From Oculatellaceae cyanobacterium bins.114 (GTDB taxonomy: Bacteria > Cyanobacteriota > Cyanobacteriia > Elainellales > Elainellaceae): DNA of 64,000 bases. Position numbers and translations under genes: made by a program. Below are positions 1 to 8,313 of the stretch, piece after piece (the first letter of the stretch is position 1; the number at the start of each line of letters is the position of its first letter). The notes under the pieces are model-generated. The model had not been told where the DNA came from. It was given only the letters and a program-made list of their open reading frames with translations, and did not search any database. The stretch spans positions 20,678 to 84,677 of the forward strand of contig JANRJA010000203.1 in assembly GCA_033764315.1 (NCBI GenBank), given 5' to 3'.

Positions 1-194
1 TTGACTGGTTGAGTCAAACCATCAAGGTTTACAACACACAAACCATTGACTCAACACTACATCGGTTACTAAACCAGCAACTCGGTCAAGTGCTCAACCC
101 TCAGCAGTTGATGCTGTTGAATTCCACATTAACTCCAGCACAAGATGCTTTGTTAGGGCAAGAGACCTTGACTGCTTCTGCATTGGGATGGTAA
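1..194 (+). CDS. 3-prime end of an unidentified CDS open to the left window edge
   Basis: Track ORF 9..194 has no in-frame stop upstream inside the window (frame continues from nt 3). Stop TAA at 192-194. Q/L/T-rich tail with no motif I recognise. Confidence 0.3.
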   Translation, partial: DWLSQTIKVYNTQTIDSTLHRLLNQQLGQVLNPQQLMLLNSTLTPAQDALLGQETLTASALGW

Positions 195-256
195 ATGCAT
201 TGTCCTCTAACACTCTTTATCCCTTCTAATCCAAATCTATCCTGGGTTCATGCGCT

Positions 257-910
257 ATGATTTCCGTTGCTGATTTACTCACAAACAACCGAGTTCCGGG
301 TAACTATTTTGCCACTGATGCCTATGTTCGGGGCGATCTGGAGATGGGCTTGCTCGAAAATCGACAGGGCGATCGCCTCTTAGCACTGCCAGAAACCTTT
401 ATCCAATCGATCTATGCGGGTTTAGAGCAAGAGACCGGACAAGCCGCCCGGTTGGTGTTGTTCAACTGTGGTCGTTGGTGGGGTAAAAGTTTCTATACTC
501 GTTTTGCTGAACAAATTGGAGACTACTACGATATTGCCATTTCAGAAATGGCAATGGTCGAGTTCATGCAGGCTCTACAACAGTGTTGGATTACCCACGG
601 TTGGGGAAAAATTGACCTCGACCAAAGCTATCAACAGTTTGGTTTCCTGATCGTCAAGATTTGGAATTCTCCATTTGCTAAACTGGCTCCTCCTAAAGAT
701 CATCCCGTATGCCACTTAGAGGCAGGAGTGATGTCTTCCTTTTTTAGCCAGCTTTCGGGTCGAGAATTGCATTGTGTTCAAACCACCTGTGAATCAATGG
801 GAGCCGATTGCAATCGGTTTGTTTTAGGGTTGCCAAAACGATTAGAACCTGCTGAAACAATGGTTACCAATCTGGATCACGAAAGTATCATGCAACAGCT
901 TTGTCATTAA
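257..910 (+). CDS. V4R (4-vinyl-reductase-type) domain protein
   Basis: 217 aa, ATG start. The C-terminal half HLEAGVMSSFFSQLSGRELHCVQTTCESMGADCNRFVLG has the Cys-containing signature of V4R small-molecule-binding domains. Confidence 0.6.
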   Translation: MISVADLLTNNRVPGNYFATDAYVRGDLEMGLLENRQGDRLLALPETFIQSIYAGLEQETGQAARLVLFNCGRWWGKSFYTRFAEQIGDYYDIAISEMAMVEFMQALQQCWITHGWGKIDLDQSYQQFGFLIVKIWNSPFAKLAPPKDHPVCHLEAGVMSSFFSQLSGRELHCVQTTCESMGADCNRFVLGLPKRLEPAETMVTNLDHESIMQQLCH

Positions 911-926
911 TATGGCAGGCGAGAAT

Positions 927-957
927 TTGGTAGGCAAACATTGGTAGGCAAACATTG
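927..957. repeat. Exact 14-nt tandem duplication TTGGTAGGCAAACA x2 plus partial third copy
   Basis: Read directly: ttggtaggcaaaca ttggtaggcaaaca ttg. Confidence 0.9.
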
Positions 958-1030
958 TCTTGCAGTGTTGGTTCAGCTTAGACTGACTCCTACAAAATTT
1001 GTCTTGTACAGAATTTGCACAAAAGAGCTT

Positions 1031-1052
1031 GTACTAATTTGTACTAATTTGT
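1031..1052. repeat. Exact 10-nt tandem duplication GTACTAATTT x2
   Basis: Read directly: gtactaattt gtactaattt gt. Confidence 0.9.
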
Positions 1053-1166
1053 TGAGTTGCTTTCAATGAAGAAGCGACCTTGAGTTAAGGTGGGCGAAGC
1101 CTATCCAAAGCCATAGACTGAATAGGTTATCAACTGTTATTTATCAAGTGGAAGTCTACCATTGTT

Positions 1167-3038
1167 GTGTCAAGTCCACTGGGAACTGAGTTAAAACGCT
1201 CAAAATATCGCCTCTTAGGACTGGTTGGGCAGGGGCAGTTTGGGCGAGTATTCTGTGCGGCTCACCGTCGCACGGGTCGTTTAGTTGCCCTTAAAAACCT
1301 AGAACACCAGCGGTTTCCGACTCACAAGTTTTTGCGTGAACTGCGTATCTTGCTGAGTTTACAGCACCCCAATATTGTGACCTGTTACGCCTTGGAGCAT
1401 ACCCGTACAGGCCGCTATCTCGTGATGGACTATTGTGAGGGAGGCACCCTCCGCAATTTGATTGATGGGGATTGCAGGCTCAGCATTGCCCAGGCTTTCC
1501 AATTAACGAGTGATATTTTAGCTGGGTTAGAGCATGCTCATCACCGTGGAATTGTGCACTGTGACATCAAACCTGACAACATTTTGTTAAATGTTTTGCC
1601 AACAGGTTGGGTTGCTCGGATTTCCGATTTTGGCATTGCCCGTCTCACTCAAGAACTAGTGGGTCATGAAGGCTTGGGCAACACTGGTTCACCTGCTTAT
1701 ATGGCTCCAGAACGGTTTTATGGGCAATATTCTCAATCCTCTGATCTGTATGCTGTTGGGGTTCTCTTATTTGAGTTATTAGCCGGATATCGACCTTTTT
1801 CAGGAACCCCGGCTGAATTAATGTCAGGACATCTTAATCGACCGCTTAAATTACCAGAGTCGATTCCAGATGTGTGGCACTCAATTCTCATTACGGCTCT
1901 TCAAAAATTGCCAGCCCGTCGCTTTCGCTCTGCATCCGATATGCTTGTTGCCTTGAGAACAGCTGGGGCGATCGCTGGATGTAATGCTCCCGGAAGTAAC
2001 CCATCATCTATTTATTTGCCATTGCTGCAACCCCTGACCGTCATGGAGTCGCATCCTTATATCGCTCGCCACCAGATCCCACTGGAGCGGGCAATCACTT
2101 ATATGGCGATCGCTCCTTTAGGTGAAGAAGACTCTACAGTTGCAGGGCTATATTGCGCAAGTGAGCAGCAGTTGACGTGCTATTCCAATGTCAATGCTTT
2201 TGTTACTGAACCGCATTCTTCTTCCAAGCTAGAGCTATCCGCTCCAATAAAAGAGCTAATTTCCTATGCTCAGGGAGGCTGTGCTATTACCTCAACGGCT
2301 GTGATGTTAGTCTCACTGCAAGACTCACGCAAGCCAAACGTCATTACACCCTCTGAGCACTTATGTCTTGCAGCCGTGGAAACCCAGGGAGATTGGTTGG
2401 CGACCGTGTCTTTGCTGCCTGCTGGAGAAGGCCGTTTGCAGTTCACAAAATTGCAACCTTCGGGTAGGCTAGCTTCTGACCCTATACCCCTCTTAAACCG
2501 CGAAAGAGCACAACACTGGGTCAAATTGCTTGCACTAGACAGGCACCACGTTGCGGTTGTTGCTCGTGTCAGTGGTGATGAGAGCGTTTCTCGTAAACGG
2601 AGCAAAACCTCTGTAAATACTGTTTTTGAGGTGTTGACTCGCCGAGGAACACGATTGGGTATGTTGAGCATTCCAGTGTGTCTGACTCAGATTCACCCAA
2701 CTCTAACTCCATATCGGTTGATGGCAACGGATGAGCATGATCCCTATGCTCTGGTCATTGTTGATTTAAAGCCCTTCCGAGTGTTGCGGTTTGGCGTAGA
2801 GATTGCTCCTGTGTTTTTGGAGTCTACTGCATGGGGCTACATTTTGGTCGATGTGGCGGGACAGATCGTGTTGTTAGACAAATATGGGCAGCGCATTGGT
2901 CGGATTGAAGGGCCCAGTCATCCCACAGCGATCGCCTCCGTCAATAGTCATGAGCTGATTGTTGCAACTTGGAACGGAGAGGCAGGGTTCTCTTATGTGA
3001 TTGATTTACAAGAGTTAGGAGTGGATTTATTGTTTTGA
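1167..3038 (+). CDS. Ser/Thr protein kinase with uncharacterised ~330-aa C-terminal domain
   Basis: 623 aa, GTG start. Hanks-kinase motifs present: GQGQFGRV, VALK, HCDIKPDN, DFGIA, SPAYMAPE. I cannot name the C-terminal half. Confidence 0.9.
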   Translation: MSSPLGTELKRSKYRLLGLVGQGQFGRVFCAAHRRTGRLVALKNLEHQRFPTHKFLRELRILLSLQHPNIVTCYALEHTRTGRYLVMDYCEGGTLRNLIDGDCRLSIAQAFQLTSDILAGLEHAHHRGIVHCDIKPDNILLNVLPTGWVARISDFGIARLTQELVGHEGLGNTGSPAYMAPERFYGQYSQSSDLYAVGVLLFELLAGYRPFSGTPAELMSGHLNRPLKLPESIPDVWHSILITALQKLPARRFRSASDMLVALRTAGAIAGCNAPGSNPSSIYLPLLQPLTVMESHPYIARHQIPLERAITYMAIAPLGEEDSTVAGLYCASEQQLTCYSNVNAFVTEPHSSSKLELSAPIKELISYAQGGCAITSTAVMLVSLQDSRKPNVITPSEHLCLAAVETQGDWLATVSLLPAGEGRLQFTKLQPSGRLASDPIPLLNRERAQHWVKLLALDRHHVAVVARVSGDESVSRKRSKTSVNTVFEVLTRRGTRLGMLSIPVCLTQIHPTLTPYRLMATDEHDPYALVIVDLKPFRVLRFGVEIAPVFLESTAWGYILVDVAGQIVLLDKYGQRIGRIEGPSHPTAIASVNSHELIVATWNGEAGFSYVIDLQELGVDLLF

Positions 3039-3162
3039 GGAGAATTGGAGATCCCCTTCTCTATGCCCCCAGAAAAACAGTATCTTAGAGGTTTTAGCAG
3101 GCGATCTTGCTACAACTTTGATTGTGTCTCCATTTCACTAGCTCTCTATCGTTTTATTCTTC

Positions 3163-3876
3163 ATGCTCTACCAATGGCTTACCGATAGTCACGTCATCAT
3201 GTTTGGGTTGCTCGTCAGTTTTGCGATCGCCCATAGTGGGTTGGCGGCTTTGCGCCCTACGGCTGAAAAGTTTGTCGGAGCGCGGTTATATCGGGTTCTA
3301 TTTGCACTGGTCAGTCTGCCTCTAGCCAGTATTTTGATCATCTATTTCATCAACCATCGCTATGACGGCTTGCGGTTATGGAACGTGCAGGGAGTAACAG
3401 GAATAGAACCCTTTATTTGGATACTCTCAGCCATTTCATTTGTGTTTCTTTATCCAGCCACCTTTAATTTGTTAGAGATTGCGGCTGTTCAGAAACCTCA
3501 AGTTCATTTGTACGAATCAGGGATCATTCGCATTACTCGTCATCCTCAAATGGTTGGGCAAATTCTTTGGTGTATTGCCCATACTCTGTGGTTGGGAACA
3601 ACATTTATGGTGGTCACATCAGCCGGACTAATTTTGCACCACTTGTTTGGGGTGTGGCATGGCGATCGCCGCTTACAGGAACGTTATGGAGGATCCTTTG
3701 AAACCTTAAAATCTCGAACCTCAGTTGTTCCTTTTCTGGCGATTTGGCAAAAACGGCAAACCCTTGAATTGAAAGAGTTTCTGCGTCCGGCTTATGCGGG
3801 GATCGTCGGTTTTGTTTTGCTACTTTGGTGGGCACATCCACTTTTGATCCGTGCAACTAGTAACGTAGGCTGGTAG
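3163..3876 (+). CDS. NnrU-family membrane protein (Z-ISO-like)
   Basis: 237-aa polytopic membrane protein. GIIRITRHPQMVG and the overall layout are typical of the NnrU family, to which 15-cis-zeta-carotene isomerase belongs. Confidence 0.7.
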   Translation: MLYQWLTDSHVIMFGLLVSFAIAHSGLAALRPTAEKFVGARLYRVLFALVSLPLASILIIYFINHRYDGLRLWNVQGVTGIEPFIWILSAISFVFLYPATFNLLEIAAVQKPQVHLYESGIIRITRHPQMVGQILWCIAHTLWLGTTFMVVTSAGLILHHLFGVWHGDRRLQERYGGSFETLKSRTSVVPFLAIWQKRQTLELKEFLRPAYAGIVGFVLLLWWAHPLLIRATSNVGW

Positions 3877-3918
3877 GATGATCCCAAAGGAAATTTGAAT
3901 AATTTTTTTAGAGGCGTC

Positions 3919-4278
3919 ATGGTGCTAACTGTGAATGAAAAAACTTTTACCAAAGAAGTTTTGGGATCGCCGATTCCAGTTGTAGTTAATTTTTGGGCAC
4001 CGTGGTGTGGCTTGTGTTATATCGTCAATCCTCTGCTTCTACAAATACAAGAAGATTGGGGGGATCAAGTTAGGGTGGTTAGCATAAACGCCGACGAAAA
4101 CTTTAAGTTATCTAATACCTATCGGTTAACAACATTACCTACCGTCATGGTGTTTGAGAGTGGCACCCTGCATCAGCGATTGGACAAGTTTCGCAATCGA
4201 GATGACTTGCGGTTAGCGTCTAAGACCATTCAATCCGCATTAGCAGATCTCAATATGCAATACGGCTACTCGGCTTGA
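3919..4278 (+). CDS. trxC: Thioredoxin with atypical WCGLC active site (TrxC-like)
   Basis: In-frame ATG at 3919 preceded by AGAGG (track ORF starts at TTG 3895). VVNFWAPWCGLC replaces WCGPC. The 3-prime end overlaps the convergent recJ stop by 13 nt. Confidence 0.6.
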   Translation: MVLTVNEKTFTKEVLGSPIPVVVNFWAPWCGLCYIVNPLLLQIQEDWGDQVRVVSINADENFKLSNTYRLTTLPTVMVFESGTLHQRLDKFRNRDDLRLASKTIQSALADLNMQYGYSA

Positions 4279-6623
4279 CAGACAATCACCTCAATTGCAG
4301 GCAAGGGAACTTCATAAAAGTAGCGGCGGCGGAACTGCTCTTCGGCGATGGCAGCGAGAAACGGTTCGGCACCTTGTAATGGATTTAACTCTGCTGGATG
4401 GGTTTGCCAGTGCATCCAAAATCCTGACTCTGATGAGGTAATTTCAAACCCTAATGCTTGCAGGCTTCTAAAGCCTAATTGGAGGGTGCGATCGCCGATT
4501 CCTAATTTTTCGAGCAACTGGTTACGAGTCACAGGCTGTTGTGTTCGAGCCAGATATTTTGCTATCCCAACCAAGCGTCGCCAAATCTCGCTTGGAGGCT
4601 CTAACGAAGGAGCAGGGTAAGCGATCGCTAATTTTCGTCCCTCTCGTACCGCTCGACGAAACCAGAGTTGCAACTCATCCCAACTATCCGGGCAATGCGT
4701 CAGAGGCAATATCTCATGGGTTGCTAACTCAGCTATTTTTAGGGCAGGGTCAGGAGTATGACGCCAATCTAACAACCCATGAGTTGGGTATGGAGTTGTC
4801 AAGGAGCCGTTTGAGTTGTGAGGACGCACTGCCAGCAACCGAATTTCATAGCGTTTGTGATACATGTTGAAGTCGAGTTCAGCGATCGCTTCACAACGTC
4901 CTTTGGGGATTTCATCTCGATAGTGCTCCCACCAAATGCCTGGAAATGGACTTGCAGTTGAGTCATCTCGCAGCTCAAACTCCGTCTTGATATATTTAAC
5001 TTTGCGCCCTCGCCAATCTTTGATATTGGCGTTTTTGACCTGCTCAAACCAACAATTGCGGATCAAAAGCCTGGGAACAGAATTGCCCATACCACACGGT
5101 TCTAACAGCTTTAGCTCACGAAAGAGGTCTTTGCCTAACTCAACAACTGTCACCTCTAAATCAGCTTGAATGATTCCACCAGGTTTAGCTTCTCCAGTAA
5201 CCTGTTGTTCGCGAAGTTGACGGTTAATAGCTTCCGTAAATATCGGAATATTCTCTATAGGCAAGCTTAAACCCGCCGCAAAGGGATGTCCACCGAAGGT
5301 ATGCAACACATGCTCTTGAGTTTTGACCAATTGATACAAATCAATCTGATTGACGGATCGGGCTGAGCCTCGCGCCAACGGACTGGAGCCATTGACTTGA
5401 TCAGAGGGGTGAGAAAATAGGGCTTCTGTGCTAAGCAAAATCGTGGGACGACCATATTCTTGAGCGATCTGACCCGCCACTAACCCTAAAACCCCAATAC
5501 TCCATTGCGGATCGGTCAAGACAATAACACTCACCGTTGACAGATCTAAGTCTGCTAGTTTTGCTCTAACCTGTTGGGCAACGTCTTTTTGCAACGCTTT
5601 GCGCTGGGTATTCGCAATTTCTGCATCTTCTGCAAGCTGACGACATCGCTCTAGATCACGACTGGTGAGCAACTCGACCGCAAAGTGAGCATCTCCATAA
5701 ATGCGGCTAATGGCGTTGATACGAGGACCCAAACCAAAGGAAATATCAGTGGGGCGATCGCCACTGCGTTTGCACAGTTCCAACAACCGGGCAATACCCG
5801 GTCGCCTTGAAGTGGTGGGGTTTTGGTGTTGACGCAATCGATCAATTCCCTGCTGCGCCAAATAGCGACAATCTCCTTTGAGTTGTACCAAATCAGCAAT
5901 TAACCCGATCGCCACCAAATCTAATAGGTGTTCCAGTGGCTCTTGCGGCACCTCTGGCAATGTAGTGTACAGTGCCTCGACCAGCTTATAGGCGACGGCT
6001 ACCCCGGAGAGATAAGCAAGGGGATGGTCTAACGACAACGATCGAGGATTGAGAATAGCTGCTACGTTAGGACGCTCAGGTGGCAGAGTGTGATGGTCAG
6101 TAACGATGACATCAATTCCCAGAGTTTGAGCATAGTCAATTTCCCTCAAGTTCGTGCTACCTGTGTCACAGGTCACAATCAACTGACATCCTTTAGAGGC
6201 CAGGAGATCAATACCACCGATGGATAAACCATGCGACTCCAATAATCGATTGGGCACGTAATAAACCAACTGCTCATCTTTCGGAAAGAATTGCCCTAAT
6301 CCATCCCACAAAACGGCTGTGGCGGTAATTCCATCCGCGTCAAAATCTCCCCAGATAGCAACCGTTTCCTGGCAATCATAGGCTTGTTGCAGCCGCGCGA
6401 TCGCCCAATTAACCTCTTCTCCAAAGGCAAAGGGAGAGGTAGGTTGATAGCAAGCAGGATCTAGAAATCCTGCTAACTCTTGGGGGTGACGTAAACCCCG
6501 TTGCCACAGGAGGCGAGCAAGATACTGCCCCGGAACCTGAGCCAAACGCTGCACAACTTTTAGAAAGTCATCTGGAATGTCAAGTGAAGGATGAATTTGC
6601 CATTCTGGTGAAGGTTTAGGCAT
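4266..6623 (-). CDS. recJ: Single-stranded-DNA-specific exonuclease RecJ
   Basis: 785 aa with DHH-family motifs WGDFDADGITA, VTDHH and GGHPFAAG. Confidence 0.9.
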   Translation of the reverse strand: MPKPSPEWQIHPSLDIPDDFLKVVQRLAQVPGQYLARLLWQRGLRHPQELAGFLDPACYQPTSPFAFGEEVNWAIARLQQAYDCQETVAIWGDFDADGITATAVLWDGLGQFFPKDEQLVYYVPNRLLESHGLSIGGIDLLASKGCQLIVTCDTGSTNLREIDYAQTLGIDVIVTDHHTLPPERPNVAAILNPRSLSLDHPLAYLSGVAVAYKLVEALYTTLPEVPQEPLEHLLDLVAIGLIADLVQLKGDCRYLAQQGIDRLRQHQNPTTSRRPGIARLLELCKRSGDRPTDISFGLGPRINAISRIYGDAHFAVELLTSRDLERCRQLAEDAEIANTQRKALQKDVAQQVRAKLADLDLSTVSVIVLTDPQWSIGVLGLVAGQIAQEYGRPTILLSTEALFSHPSDQVNGSSPLARGSARSVNQIDLYQLVKTQEHVLHTFGGHPFAAGLSLPIENIPIFTEAINRQLREQQVTGEAKPGGIIQADLEVTVVELGKDLFRELKLLEPCGMGNSVPRLLIRNCWFEQVKNANIKDWRGRKVKYIKTEFELRDDSTASPFPGIWWEHYRDEIPKGRCEAIAELDFNMYHKRYEIRLLAVRPHNSNGSLTTPYPTHGLLDWRHTPDPALKIAELATHEILPLTHCPDSWDELQLWFRRAVREGRKLAIAYPAPSLEPPSEIWRRLVGIAKYLARTQQPVTRNQLLEKLGIGDRTLQLGFRSLQALGFEITSSESGFWMHWQTHPAELNPLQGAEPFLAAIAEEQFRRRYFYEVPLPAIEVIVCQAE

Positions 6624-6631
6624 GCCGACAC

Positions 6632-8230
6632 TTAACGTACCGTCTTGAGGCTTTCAATCCGACGGCTAAACAGATCGGTAAAGATGCTTAAGACAGTGCG
6701 ATCGCGAGTAATGATATTTGCAGTTACCGACATCCCAGATTGCAATTGCACGTCTTGGTTAACTTGTCCATCGCTGACTCTGAGAAATTGTTGATCGAGC
6801 GTAATTTGAGCTGGAAAGCGATAGTAAGGATTGATTTGGTCGGGGGGCAAGGCATCCGAGCCGATATTAGTCACTGTACCCTTGATATCCCCAAACTCAC
6901 TAAAGGGAAAAGAATCAATCCGAACATCGACAGGCATTCCTTCACTCACAAAACCAATATCCTGGTTTGTGATGTAGACTTCGGCCACCAAAGCATTACT
7001 GGGCACGATTTTGAGAATCGGTTCACTCGTATTGGCGACAAAGCCAGGACCTTTTGCCTGCAAATCAAACACAGTGCCATCGGTTGGGGCACGCAATGCC
7101 TGATACCGCAAGGTTAATTCTGCTTCACTAAGCTGGCTATCAATTTCAGATAGACGCTTTTCATTTTCAACGATCGCCTTATTCAGTTGACTGTCAATTT
7201 CAGCCAACCGTTTTTCATTTTCAGAGAGGCGATTCAACACATTGTTTTGTGAGAGAGCAACAGTGTTCTGATATTGCTCACCTGCTTGGGCGATCGCAAA
7301 CTGGAGCCGCTGCTGTTCCTGGGTTAGACGATCAACTTCAGCTTGACCATTCATCACTTCCTGCTGTTGCCGCAGGTATTGAATTCGTGCTATGCCACCT
7401 TGTTCAACCAGCGGACGAATATCTTCAAGAATGCCCTGGTCAATTTCAAGAGTAGCCCGTGCTGTTGTGAGCTGTACCAGTGTCTGGCTCAGTTGACGTT
7501 GAAGCTGGGAGACTTCCAATCGTGCTGCTGCTGCTGCCGATTGAGTTTCCATCAGTCCTGACTGGAGCCGAGCCTGTTGATCTGGGGTTAAACCTGCCCC
7601 TGATGAAGAACCAGTCAGTTGAGCACGATAAATCTGATTTTCAGCGATGATAGCCGACCGATTAGACGTTAATGCCAGCATTTCAGGTGGCAAGGTTAAC
7701 CCAGCTCCCTCTGGCACAGGACCATCGATACCACTCAATTGACTGCGATAAAAATTATTTTCTTGAATCAGGGAGGTCTTTATCTGTTGTAAGGAGCGTT
7801 GTTGAGCAGCGGCAGCCGTGGTGTCAAACCGAATCAACACGTCACCCTCTTTAACCTGCTGCCCATCATCTACCAAAATTTCTTTGATCACCCCACCGAC
7901 TGGAGCCTGTACCTCTTGAACCCGATCCTGAGGCTCTAGCTTTCCAGTGGCTGGCACCGCTTCCTCAATCCGAGCAAAGCAAGCCCAAAGCACAACAAAG
8001 GTTGTGACCCCAACAATGCCCCAAACAATAGACCGTGACCACAACGAGGTTTGCTGAAGCAACACAGGTTGGTCAAACGCCTCGGTTCTAACCAACTTAT
8101 TAGAGGCCATCGAGGGAGCTGACTCTTCTGACCCAGTGTCGTTCACCGTCGCCAATGCACCTCGCCCATTGGGTTTGGTTCCGTTACCGCCACCTCCATT
8201 TTGTCCGTTGGATGCAGGATGATTGTTCAT
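6632..8230 (-). CDS. HlyD-family membrane-fusion (periplasmic adaptor) protein
   Basis: 532 aa. N-terminal TM helix IVWGIVGVTTFVVLWACFA, lipoyl-like hairpin GGVIKEILVDDGQQVKEGDVLIRFD, a long coiled coil with an internal 18-aa duplication (ENEKRLAEIDSQL / ENEKRLSEIDSQL), and a C-terminal beta-barrel region. Confidence 0.9.
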   Translation of the reverse strand: MNNHPASNGQNGGGGNGTKPNGRGALATVNDTGSEESAPSMASNKLVRTEAFDQPVLLQQTSLWSRSIVWGIVGVTTFVVLWACFARIEEAVPATGKLEPQDRVQEVQAPVGGVIKEILVDDGQQVKEGDVLIRFDTTAAAAQQRSLQQIKTSLIQENNFYRSQLSGIDGPVPEGAGLTLPPEMLALTSNRSAIIAENQIYRAQLTGSSSGAGLTPDQQARLQSGLMETQSAAAAARLEVSQLQRQLSQTLVQLTTARATLEIDQGILEDIRPLVEQGGIARIQYLRQQQEVMNGQAEVDRLTQEQQRLQFAIAQAGEQYQNTVALSQNNVLNRLSENEKRLAEIDSQLNKAIVENEKRLSEIDSQLSEAELTLRYQALRAPTDGTVFDLQAKGPGFVANTSEPILKIVPSNALVAEVYITNQDIGFVSEGMPVDVRIDSFPFSEFGDIKGTVTNIGSDALPPDQINPYYRFPAQITLDQQFLRVSDGQVNQDVQLQSGMSVTANIITRDRTVLSIFTDLFSRRIESLKTVR

Positions 8231-8313
8231 AGAAATCCAGGTTTGAGAGTTCAGTGAGCGAAACTTAAGCGTTAGTCGATCGGGAATGATGCTGGTGATG
8301 ATTTTAGATGATC

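Noticed and set aside
2270-2671. 133-aa minus-strand ORF inside the Ser/Thr kinase gene
   Set aside because: It is antisense to a motif-supported CDS and has no start context or motif.
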